Assembly: GCA_043228905.1 (NCBI GenBank)
Contig: JBHGNT010000022.1
Span: forward strand, 5,952,001-6,016,000
Direction of reading: 5' to 3'
DNA: 64,000 nt
Origin: Azolla caroliniana
Taxonomy: Eukaryota > Plantae > Polypodiophyta
Of this stretch, positions 1 to 10,158 are shown in pieces. Position numbers and translations under genes: made by a program. Every line of letters begins with the position of its first letter. Positions within the stretch are counted from its first letter, which is position 1. The notes beneath the pieces were generated by a model, which was not told the origin of the DNA, did no database searches, and saw only the letters and a list, made by a program, of their open reading frames with translations.

Positions 1-461
1 CAGGAAGAGATCCGGAAACCGGATCAGATGGACCCGGTGAGAACCGGAAGAGAAGACGTATTTGGAAATATGTTTTGAGTAAGCCTATTAAGGTTATATT
101 TGTAAATAGCCCTATGTTTCATATAACTATAAATATTGTTTGTCTGTGTATAATTGTTAGATAGAGAGAGAGAGATACAGAGCGATACTCTATTGTAACC
201 ACCGCTTGGCGAAGTTAAAGAGCTCGAGGTCGTTGCCTTTGAGTCTCTGATTGTACCCTTTTCTTCATAGGGATTGTTGGAGTCTGTGAAATCCCGTGGT
301 TTCTCCCATTCAGGGATTTCCACGTAAACACCCATTGTACTCTCTATCGTTGTGTGTGTCTACGTGCGTCCACTCCCTATTTCCCATTTTTGTGTTTCAT
401 TCTCATTGATGTGATTCAAGACTCGGTTGTGGCCGAGTAGTATTCCGTGTGATTATCTTCA
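1..461 (+). repeat. 5' LTR (partial) of A1
   Basis: Homologous to 14707-15202 and 21229-21829; ends in CA just before the PBS. Confidence 0.9.
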
Positions 462-490
462 ATCTGGTATTAAAGCGAACAACACGGGAA

Positions 491-3400
491 ATGGTAGAAT
501 CGTTCGGCAGCATGTTCAAGCTCATCAGCTCCAATTACTTAGTGTGGAAGTCGAAGGTGAGGGATATGCTGGTGGTTGAAGATCTTTCTTTGCTGGTTCA
601 GTTCGGGGACAAGAGACTGGATAAGATTGACGCCACATTGTGGGAGGTGATGCTCCAACTACTTAGTGTGGAAGTTGAAGATGAGGGATATGCTGGTGGT
701 TAAAGATCTTTGGTTGCCAGTTTAGTTCGGGGAAAAGAGAGTGGATAAGATCGACACCACATTGTGGGAGGTGATGCACATGAAGATGACAACATACATC
801 CAGTGCTTCATCGACATGAGCCTCTACAACAAATTCAATGAAGAGAGCAAGACTCATGAACTCTGGGGGAAGATTGGCATCATGTTCCAGAACAAGAATG
901 CCGTTAATTGGGTTTCGGTATTCCGGATGCTAGTGAGGCTCCTGTACCAAGACGGCTCCAGTATGGTGGAGCACATGAATGCCTTCCAAGTACTGATACA
1001 CCATGCAACCTCGTTGGAAGTACCTCTCGCCGATGAGGTACTCCCATTAGTCCTACTCGGTTCCCTCTCGGATAGTTGGGAGACGCTAGTTGTCACATTG
1101 GGCTACGTCAGTCCGGAAGGAAAGTAGTTATCCCTAGCAAGGGTAAACTCAAGCTTGCTAGATGAAGAAGCTCGCCGGAAGGATCGGGAGTCCGGAACTG
1201 ATCGGAAGGCCTTGGTCACGGAAGATGACCACAACTGAGGAAGAGGCCGGTATCGGAGTCCCCAAAACCAGGACAAGTCGGGGATGAGGTCGAAGTCAAG
1301 AGTGAGGCCTACTTCCTTCTACTATGGGAAGCTAGGTCACTTCCAGAAGAACTGTTGGCATTTCCGCAAAGAGAAAGAAACCGACACCACCCATTCGAAG
1401 AAGAGTTCAGACCAAAACAGTTCGTACCGGAGAGGCCCTGATCGGAAAGGAACGTCGGCGATCGCGACAAGTGAAGAAGAACTGATGCTCATTACCGAGG
1501 AGAATGAGTTAAACCTTGTCGGTGACGAGACAACGTGGGTTGTTGATTCTGGAGTGTCATTCCACCTGACACTAGACCGGAGATGCTTCTCATCCTACAC
1601 AACCGGTGATCATGGTTGTGTTCAGATGGGGAATGAAGGTACATGCCGAATTGTCAGCATAGGAGATGTGTTGTTGATGACATCAACCAGATGCAAGTTG
1701 CTACTGAAGGATGTCCGACACGTTCCGGAGGTTCGACTGAACCTGATATCAGCCAGTTGGCTAGGTGATGAAGGCTACACGGGGGTAGCATCCGGAATGG
1801 AGTCATGAAATTCAGCAAAGAGAGACTAATTGTGTCTCGAGCCGGAAGGTCAACACACTATACTTGATGAATGCCTGGATACGCCGAGAAGAAGTGAACG
1901 TAGCATCCGACACTACCGGTGAGTTGTGGCACAAAAGACTGTGTCACATGAGTGAGAAGGTGATGAAGAGGCTTGCTGAAGACAATCTTATTCCGATGAA
2001 GGACGTGTAACTTGAGAAGTGCATCGATTGCTTGGCCGGCAAACAAATTTGAACCTCCTTCCGGTCAAGACCACTGATGAGATGGAATGCACCACTCGAG
2101 CTGGTGCATACCAATATGTGTCAAGTGGACACGAAGTCACATGCCAGATCACAGTACTTCGTCACGTTCATAGCCGACCACAGCCGGAAGATGTGGGTCA
2201 CACCACTGAAGATGAAGGGCCAAGTGTTATCCGTCTTCAAGGAGCTCCACGCGAGAGTGGAAAGAGAAACCAACTGGAAGCTGAAGGTGGTTCGAGCAGA
2301 TAACGGAGGAGAATACCGGGGGCAGTTTGAGGAGTACTGCCGTTCGAAGGGAATCCAGCTTGAATTTACCGTACCGAAGACGCCAGAACTAAATGGGCTG
2401 GCTGAACGGATGAACCAGACCATAATGGAGAGAGTCCGTAGCATGCTAGCACATCCGAAGTTACCCAAGACGTTGTGGGCTGAGGCGCTGACGACGACGA
2501 TTTACGTGATAAACAGATGACCCTCAGTACCCTTGGATGGAGACACACTACAAAGAGTATGGACCGGTAAGGACGTGTCTTACCGGCATCTGAATGTGTT
2601 CAGGTGTTTAGCATATGTGCATGTTGCAAAGGACAAGAGAGCAAAGCTGGATCCAAAGTCCAGGCCATGCATATTCCTTGGATATGGCGATGATGAGTTT
2701 GGTTACCGGGTGTGGGATCTGCTCGACAAAAAGGTGTTCCGGAGTCGGGACATAGTCTGGGAGATAGGACCATTGCTGACTAGGAGTCAGAGAAGACGAT
2801 GATGAACTCCGGATTATCCAATGAAAATCCGTGTGAGGACACAAGGACTTACCCGGTTGAAAACCGGATGTTAGCCGGTAACCGGATGACACTTCACGAA
2901 CCAGCCGGATACGGACAAGAAACTGAACCGACCGACGAAGAAGAAGAAGAAGAAGAGGAAACCGGAACCGGACAAGATCCCGAATCAGATTTGGATGGGG
3001 AACAAACGGAGGAACCGGTAATCAGAAACCAAGGACGGAGATACCCTCTTCGAGAGAGAAGAGCCCCCCGAAGATTTCTGGATGTAGAGCATGTGTTGCT
3101 AACCGATGAGGGGGAGCCGGAAAGCTTTGAAGAAGCAAAGAAAGACACCCACAACCACAAGTGGCTGAGTGCCATGCAGGACGAGATGGATTTCCTGCAT
3201 GAGAACCACACATATTAACTTACGGAGTTGCCGAAAGGAAAGAGAGCACTCCGGAACAAGTGGGTGTACAAGCTAAAACCGGGAGATGCTAGAAACCCAT
3301 CGAGATACAAAGCTCGGATCATGGTGAAGGGGTTCCAGCAGAAGAAAGGAGTGGATTTCGATGAGATTTTGGGCCCGGTAGTTAAGATGACTTCCATCTG

Positions 3401-3529
3401 GACGGTGCTGAGCATAGCGGCAAGCATGGACCTCGAGGTAGCGCAACTAGACATAAAGACGATGTTCCTCCATGGTGACCTCAAAGAGGAGATGTACATG
3501 CATGAACCGGAGGAATTTGAGAAGAAATG
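491..3529 (+). pseudogene. A1 gag-protease-integrase-RT N-terminal part, with many stops and frameshifts
   Basis: WVVDSG protease motif, LELVHT/ADNGGEY integrase motifs, KWVYKLK/YKARI RT motifs in the ORF fragments. Confidence 0.92.
528..776 (+). repeat. Tandem duplication (124-bp period) inside A1 gag
   Basis: gctccaa(t/c)tacttagtgtggaag...gtgggaggtgatg starts at both 528 and 652. Confidence 0.85.
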
Positions 3530-5505
3530 TGTAAACGATTACTTGTGGAAGCGTTAGAAAACAGAGAACGTAGGGAATACACAGGAGAGACAGAGAGAGC
3601 AAAACATCAAAGCTATATTCAAAATGATATAAGCACTCTGTTAATACAACTATGTTCAGTAGCATTATTTATACAAGTCCTCCTGGGACTGACAGAAGTA
3701 CCGCGTACTTCAATGCTCACACGAGCATCTGACACTTACCACGAGACTACAATTGCCTAGTAGTCTACACTAATACTAGGCTTCCGATTACTGATTGGAT
3801 CCGGCTAACCGGCTCCGCAGCTCACCGGCTCTGTTGCTCACAACTTACTGATCCGTCTCGCTTGCCGGCTCAGGTTTATTCAGCCGATCCGGCTCCAATT
3901 GAGCTTGCCGCTGAACACTCCCCCTCAAGCTAAACTTGAGGTTGGATCTTAGTGTCAGTCTCTGTGGCAGCCGGTTCTTCCAACCGACTTCTCCTAGCGT
4001 CGCTTTGCCTTGCTCGCGCTCCTCGTCCGGTCCGGTTCTGTTTGCCACGACCCCTCTTGTTCTGCACGCCTCGACCTTCTCGGTCGGTATGTCTGCTCAA
4101 TAGGCCCCTCTCAGCTCCTTCGCTACTATGACTCTGGTGCTTATCGATCCGTCGGTTCCTCCGTGATGGCATCGACTTCCGCTTCATCCGTGTCTGCTTG
4201 GCCTTGAATTGATCCGGTTCTTCCGAATCTGACTTTTGAACCGAATCAACTGTCTCCGATTCGTTCCAGCTCTTGTCCGAATCGGTTGCTCCCGATTCAT
4301 CTTCTGGTTCCAAGCCCTTCACCACATCGGCCTTCTTCCTTCGGTCGGCTTTGCCCTTCTTGACTCTGCCGCCTTCTGTTCTTCCCTCACCAGCGCAATC
4401 TGCAGTCTCTTTGCCTTTGCCCATTCCGGTGTCTTTGCCCGTTCTCCCCCTCAAGTGTGGCACGTCAAGATGCTGAACACCAAGCATTTTGGTGAAGTGT
4501 TGCAACTTGTCCAAGCCGAGTGGTTTAGTGAAGATGTCGGCAACTTGCCGATCCGTGTGAACATATCGAAGTTCAACATCACCGCTTAGGACACGCTCAC
4601 GCACGAAGTGATAGTGCACTTCTATGTGTTTTGTGCGAGCATGGAATACGGGGTTCTTGGCGAGTTGCATGTTGCTTATGTTGTCGCTGTAGACTAGAAT
4701 TGGGGTTGGTACCTCGATCCGTAAGTCATGCAGCAGTCGCCGAAGCCAGATGGCTTCATAGGTGGCAATAGTAGCGCCCCGATACTCAGCCTCAGTGCTC
4801 GACGGAGCAACTATTGGCTGCTTTTTGCTACTCCACGCAACGGCCGTGCTACCTAGGGAAAATATGTAACCAGAGGTTGATCGGTGATCTGATGCATCGC
4901 GGGCCCAGTCGGCATCCGTGTAACTGACGAGCTCTTCGGTTATACCTCGCCGGTATAACAATCCCCTGTCCTTGGTGCCACTGACATACCGCAATATTTG
5001 TAGCGCGCACTGAAGGTGCTCCACGGTCGGCTTCTATATGAACTGACTTATCAATCCGACCGGATAGCTGATGTCGGGTCGCGTGATAGTCAAGTAAATA
5101 AGGCTTCCAAAAATTTGTCGGAACCGTTGCTCGTTGCAGGTCAGTCTGGAGTTGGGACGAAGCTTCTGGTTCCGGTCCAAGGGCGTGGATACAGGTCGGC
5201 ATTCTGTCATGCCAAACTTGTACAGCATATTCAAGACGTAATGTCGTTGTGAGAGTAATATGTTGTCCAGGTTTCGGATCACCTCGATCCCTAGAAAATA
5301 ATGAAGGTCCCCCAGATCCTTCATCTCAAATGCGTCTGACAACTGCGACTTGACGCGGTTGATTTCTGGAACACCCGGTCAGGTGATGACAAGATCATCA
5401 ACATACAACAGTATACTGTTGGGATTTCGGTCCCTCCGGATGGGATGTCCGGAGATGAATGACGGCAATCCCGGTTACGGTTACGGTTACAGTTACAGTT
5501 ACGGT

Positions 5506-5586
5506 CCCGGCTACGGAGCCGGATGATGAAGATCCCGGCTACGGAGCCGGATGATGAAGACCCCGGCTACGGAGCCGGATGATGAA
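5506..5586 (+). repeat. 28-bp tandem repeat in A2 U3 (3 copies in the 5' LTR, 4 in the 3' LTR at ~10258-10366)
   Basis: Unit cccggctacggagccggatgatgaagat; each contains a ccggct-acgg-agccgg hairpin. Confidence 0.9.
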
Positions 5587-6084
5587 TGTACCCGGAGCGA
5601 GATCCGGATGCGGGGACATATTTGTGAATATGTTTGCCAAGGGCCCTTGAGGCTATATTTGTAAATAGCCCGAAAGTCATATGCGTATAAATATGACTTA
5701 GGGCAAACAGTTTTATGTTGTTGCTCATTTTATGTTTTCAGCCGAGAGAGCGAAGTGAGAGCAGCCGAGAGAGAGAGAGAGAGAGAAAGGAAGAGGTCGA
5801 CGCCTCTGTGTATTACCGCCGCCTGTGGCGAAGACAGTGAGCTCAAGGTTGTTGCCTTGTAGCTTCACCATTGTACATCTCTGTGTATAGTGATAGTTGG
5901 AGTTGGAGGACTCCCGTGGTTTTTCCCATTTAGGGTTTTCCACGTAAAACACCCTGTGTACTCTTCTCTCTATTGTCTTCGTGCATTTTGTATTTCCCGT
6001 TTTCTGTGAGTTGATCCTATTCCTCGGTTTGTGACCGAGCGCTGTTTTGCAACAAATTGGTATCAGAGCACGGTAACACAGAAA

Positions 6085-9000
6085 ATGGAAGGCGGCGGTA
6101 GTGGGCCTCCGGGCATGATGGTGTTGAACTCACAGAACTACGCCGACTGGAAGATAAAGATGGAAGACCTTCTCATCGTCCGAGACCTGTATGAACCGAT
6201 CGACAATGCCGAGATACCCAAGGGGGTAATAGAGTCGGAGTGGAAGCTCCTGAACCGGAAAGCCGTAGCGACGATTCGGCAATATGTCGATGTAAGCGTT
6301 CTACAACATGTGGCGAATGACACCAACGCATATGAGATGTGGAAGAAGCTGTCGGGCCTCTACGAGAGGAAGAATGCGTTGAACCGAACCTCCCTGATGA
6401 GGAAGATAGTGAACCTCAAGTACCGGGACGGCGAGAATATGGTGGAACACGTGAGCACGTTCATGGGATTCGTGAACCAGCTTGCGGCGATCAAATTCCC
6501 GTTGGAGGATGCAATGCAAGCCATCATTCTGATGTGTACATTGCCGGAAAGCTGGGAGAACTTGGTGGTGACTCTCAGCACCTCCTACACCGAAGATAAC
6601 TTGTCTCTACAAATGGTAAAGACAAGCATTTTGAACGAAGAAGCGCGTCGGAGAGATAAAGAACCGGTTTCCGATCCGAAGATGCTGCTTACCGAATCGG
6701 ATCGGGGAAGACAATGGAACCGGAGTCCGCAAAGACGGGAGAAGTCGGGGACCCGGTCGCAGTCAAGAGGAAGACCCACATGCTTCCACTGTGGGAAGCC
6801 GGGGCACTTCCGGAAGAATTGTCGGCATTACCGAAAGGACAACGGAGCCGACGACACCGATTCGAAGAAGTCACCGGAGAGAAACGGTGCATACCGGGGA
6901 GCCACGGACCGGAGAGGTTCGGATTGGCGAGGGCAGGGCTGGAAAGGAATGACGGCACTCGCGGCAAGTGAAGAAGAGATAATGCTCATTACCGAAGAGA
7001 CGGAGCTGAACCTTGCCGGTGAAGAGATGACCTGGGTGGTCGATTCCGGAGCGTCGTTCCACCTGACCCCGGAGAAGAAATACTTCTCATCCTACACAGC
7101 CGGTGAGCACGGCTGTGTCCGGATGGGAAATGAAGGCACATGCCGGATTGCCGGCATAGGAGACGTGTGGCTGATGACATCAACCGGATGCAAGATGCTG
7201 CTGAAGGATGTTCGACACGTTCCGGAGGTTCGATTGAACCTGATTTCGGCCGGGAGGCTAGATGATGAAGGCTACACGGGTAGCATCCGGAACGGTGTCA
7301 TGAAGTTCAGCAAAGGGAGCTTGACAGTGGCTCGGGCCCGGAAGGTCAACACACTATACCTGATGAATTCCCGGCTATGTCTTGAGGAGCTGAACGTGGC
7401 AGCCGACACTACCGGTGAGCTGTGGCACAAGAGACTGTGCCACATGATTGAGAAGGGGATGAAGAGGCTTGCAGAAGACAACCTTATTCCAGTGAAGCAT
7501 GTGCACCTGGAGAAGTGCACCAATTGCCTGGCCGGTAAGCAGAACCGAACCTCCTTCCACTCAAGGCCACCGACGAGACGTAGTGTACCATTGGAGTTGG
7601 TACACACTGATGTGTGTCAGGTAGAAACGAAGTCACATGGCGGAGCCCAGTACTTCGTAACATTCATAGATGACCATAGCCGGAAGCTGTGGACGGCACC
7701 GTTGAAGACAAAGGACCAAGTATTGTCCGTCTTCAAAGAACTCCACGTGAGAGTGGAAAGAGAATCCGGCAAGAAGCTGAAAGCGATACGAGCGGATAAC
7801 GGAGGGGAATACCGGGGGCAGTTCGCAGAGTACTGTCGCTCGAAGGGAATCCGGCTCAAGTTTACTGTGCCGAAGACGCCGGAACTGAACGGGCTGGCCG
7901 AGAGGATGAACCGGACCATAATGGAGAGGGTCCGGAGTATGCTAGCACATGCGAAATTACCCAAGGGATTTTGGGCTGAGGCAATGTCGACGGCGACGTA
8001 TGTGATAAATAGATCACCCTCAGTACCTTTGGACGGAGACACGCCGCAGAAAGTGTGGACCGGTAAGGAAGTGTCCTACCGGCATCTGAAGGTGTTCGGG
8101 TGTCTCGCATACGTGCATGTGGCAAAGGACCGGAGAGGAAAGTTAGATCCAAAGACCCGGCCATGCATATTCCTCGGTTACGGCGACGACGAGTTCGGCT
8201 ACCGAGTATGGGACCCGGTCGACAAGAAGATATTCAGGAGTCGAGATATCATCTTCATGGAGGACAAGACACTCGCCGACTGGGAGTCGGAGAAGAAGAT
8301 GAAGAGCTCCAAGTCGACCGGTGAGGATCAACTCTACGAAGAGCAGTCCCGACCGGCAAGGGACCGGTTAGCACTCGAGGATCCGGCCGAAGACGGTGAA
8401 GAAACAGAACCGGCCGAGGAAGATGAAACTGATACCGGAACCGGCCCCGATCCCGAAATGGATTTGGATGAAGAGGAAACGGAGGAGCCGGTTACCGAAG
8501 CTCCGGAACGGAGATATCCTCTAAGAGAGAGAAGGGGCACCCGGAGATTTCCGGAACCAGAGCACGTGCTGCTAACCGACGAGGGGGAGCCGGAGAGCTT
8601 TGAAGAAGCAAAACTAGACACCCATAGCCGCAGGTGGTTAAGTGCCATGCAGGAGGAGACGGATTCCCTGCATGAGAACCACACATATGAACTTGTGGAG
8701 TTGCCGAAAGGAAAGCGGGCACTTCGAAACAAGTGGGTGTTCAAGCTGAAACCGGGAGATGTCGGAAACCCCCCGAGATACAAAGCCAGGATCGTAGTGA
8801 AGGGGTTCCAGCAGAAGAAGGGCGTCGACTTCGACGAGATATTTGCCCCGGTAGTGAAGATGACCTCCATCCGGACGGTGCTGAGCATAGCGGCAAGCGT
8901 GGACCTCGAGGTAGAACAGATGGATGTGAAGACGACATTCCTTCACGGTGACCTCGAAGAAGAGATCTACATGCAGCAACCGGAAGGATTCGAGAAGAAA

Positions 9001-10158
9001 GGGAAGGAGCACCTGGTATGCCGGTTGAAGAAGAGCCTTTACGGACTGAAGCAGGCTCCCCGGCAATGGTACCAGAAGTTCGACTCTTTCATGACCGACG
9101 AAGGCTACCACAAAACGCAGTCCGATCACTGCGTGTTTGTGAAGAAGTTCGAAGGAGGAGACTTTCTAATACTCCTCCTGTACGTGGACGACATGTTGAT
9201 CGTCGGACGGGACCAGGCCAAGATACGGATGCTGAAGAAAGCGCTTCACCGAACTTTCTCAATGAAGGACCTGGGTCCGGCGAGGCAAATACTAGGGATG
9301 CACATCATCCGGGACCGGAAGAAGAAGCAGTTGTGGCTGTCACAGGAGAAGTACGTGACAAAGGTACTTCACCGGTTCAACATGTCGGAAGCAAGACAGG
9401 TCGGGTCAACCCTCCCGGCAAACTACAGGCTGTCCAGCAAGCAAAGCCCCAAGACAAAGGGTGAGAAGGAGGACATGATGAAAGTACCATATGCCTCTGC
9501 CGTCAGAAGCTTGATGTACGCAATGGTGTGTACAAGACCGGACATAGGATATGCAGTCGGAGTGGTGAGCCGGTACATGAGCAATCCCGGCAAAGAGCAC
9601 TGGAACGCGGTCAAGTGGATACTCCGATACCTGAAGGGCACGGCAAACGTGTGCCTCCGATTCGGCTCCGGTAAGCCCGAACTCGACGGCTTTACCGATT
9701 CGGATATGTCGGCTGATGCAGATACCAGCCGGTCCACATCAGGGTATGTGATGACGTATGCAGGGGGAGCTGTTTCGTGGCAGTCGAGGCTGCAGAAGAC
9801 GGTTGCGTTGTCAACTACGGAGGCGGAGTACATGGCGGCTGTTGAAGCCGGCAAGGAAATAATATGGATGAAGGACTTCATTAGAGAGCTCGGTATCCGG
9901 CAGGAGGAGTACCGACTCTACTGCGACAGTCAGAGTGCCATCCACCTTGCGAAGAATGCGGCCTATCACTCCCGGACGAAGCACATCCAGCGTAGATACC
10001 ACTGGATCCGGGAAAGGATAGAAGACAAGGACTTCGTGCTGACGAAGATCCACACGGACGAGAACGGGTCGGATATGCTGACCAAGGTACTCACACCCGA
10101 CAAGCTGGAAGCATGCCGGAAGAGGATCGGATTGGATAGACATCCCATGCCGAAGTGA
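6085..10158 (+). CDS. Intact copia gag-pol polyprotein (1357 aa)
   Basis: Uninterrupted ORF: CCHC knuckle CFHCGKPGHFRKNC, DSGAS protease, HHCC and DDE integrase, LYVDDML RT, RNase H (FTDSD...TEAEY). Confidence 0.96.
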   Translation: MEGGGSGPPGMMVLNSQNYADWKIKMEDLLIVRDLYEPIDNAEIPKGVIESEWKLLNRKAVATIRQYVDVSVLQHVANDTNAYEMWKKLSGLYERKNALNRTSLMRKIVNLKYRDGENMVEHVSTFMGFVNQLAAIKFPLEDAMQAIILMCTLPESWENLVVTLSTSYTEDNLSLQMVKTSILNEEARRRDKEPVSDPKMLLTESDRGRQWNRSPQRREKSGTRSQSRGRPTCFHCGKPGHFRKNCRHYRKDNGADDTDSKKSPERNGAYRGATDRRGSDWRGQGWKGMTALAASEEEIMLITEETELNLAGEEMTWVVDSGASFHLTPEKKYFSSYTAGEHGCVRMGNEGTCRIAGIGDVWLMTSTGCKMLLKDVRHVPEVRLNLISAGRLDDEGYTGSIRNGVMKFSKGSLTVARARKVNTLYLMNSRLCLEELNVAADTTGELWHKRLCHMIEKGMKRLAEDNLIPVKHVHLEKCTNCLAGKQNRTSFHSRPPTRRSVPLELVHTDVCQVETKSHGGAQYFVTFIDDHSRKLWTAPLKTKDQVLSVFKELHVRVERESGKKLKAIRADNGGEYRGQFAEYCRSKGIRLKFTVPKTPELNGLAERMNRTIMERVRSMLAHAKLPKGFWAEAMSTATYVINRSPSVPLDGDTPQKVWTGKEVSYRHLKVFGCLAYVHVAKDRRGKLDPKTRPCIFLGYGDDEFGYRVWDPVDKKIFRSRDIIFMEDKTLADWESEKKMKSSKSTGEDQLYEEQSRPARDRLALEDPAEDGEETEPAEEDETDTGTGPDPEMDLDEEETEEPVTEAPERRYPLRERRGTRRFPEPEHVLLTDEGEPESFEEAKLDTHSRRWLSAMQEETDSLHENHTYELVELPKGKRALRNKWVFKLKPGDVGNPPRYKARIVVKGFQQKKGVDFDEIFAPVVKMTSIRTVLSIAASVDLEVEQMDVKTTFLHGDLEEEIYMQQPEGFEKKGKEHLVCRLKKSLYGLKQAPRQWYQKFDSFMTDEGYHKTQSDHCVFVKKFEGGDFLILLLYVDDMLIVGRDQAKIRMLKKALHRTFSMKDLGPARQILGMHIIRDRKKKQLWLSQEKYVTKVLHRFNMSEARQVGSTLPANYRLSSKQSPKTKGEKEDMMKVPYASAVRSLMYAMVCTRPDIGYAVGVVSRYMSNPGKEHWNAVKWILRYLKGTANVCLRFGSGKPELDGFTDSDMSADADTSRSTSGYVMTYAGGAVSWQSRLQKTVALSTTEAEYMAAVEAGKEIIWMKDFIRELGIRQEEYRLYCDSQSAIHLAKNAAYHSRTKHIQRRYHWIRERIEDKDFVLTKIHTDENGSDMLTKVLTPDKLEACRKRIGLDRHPMPK

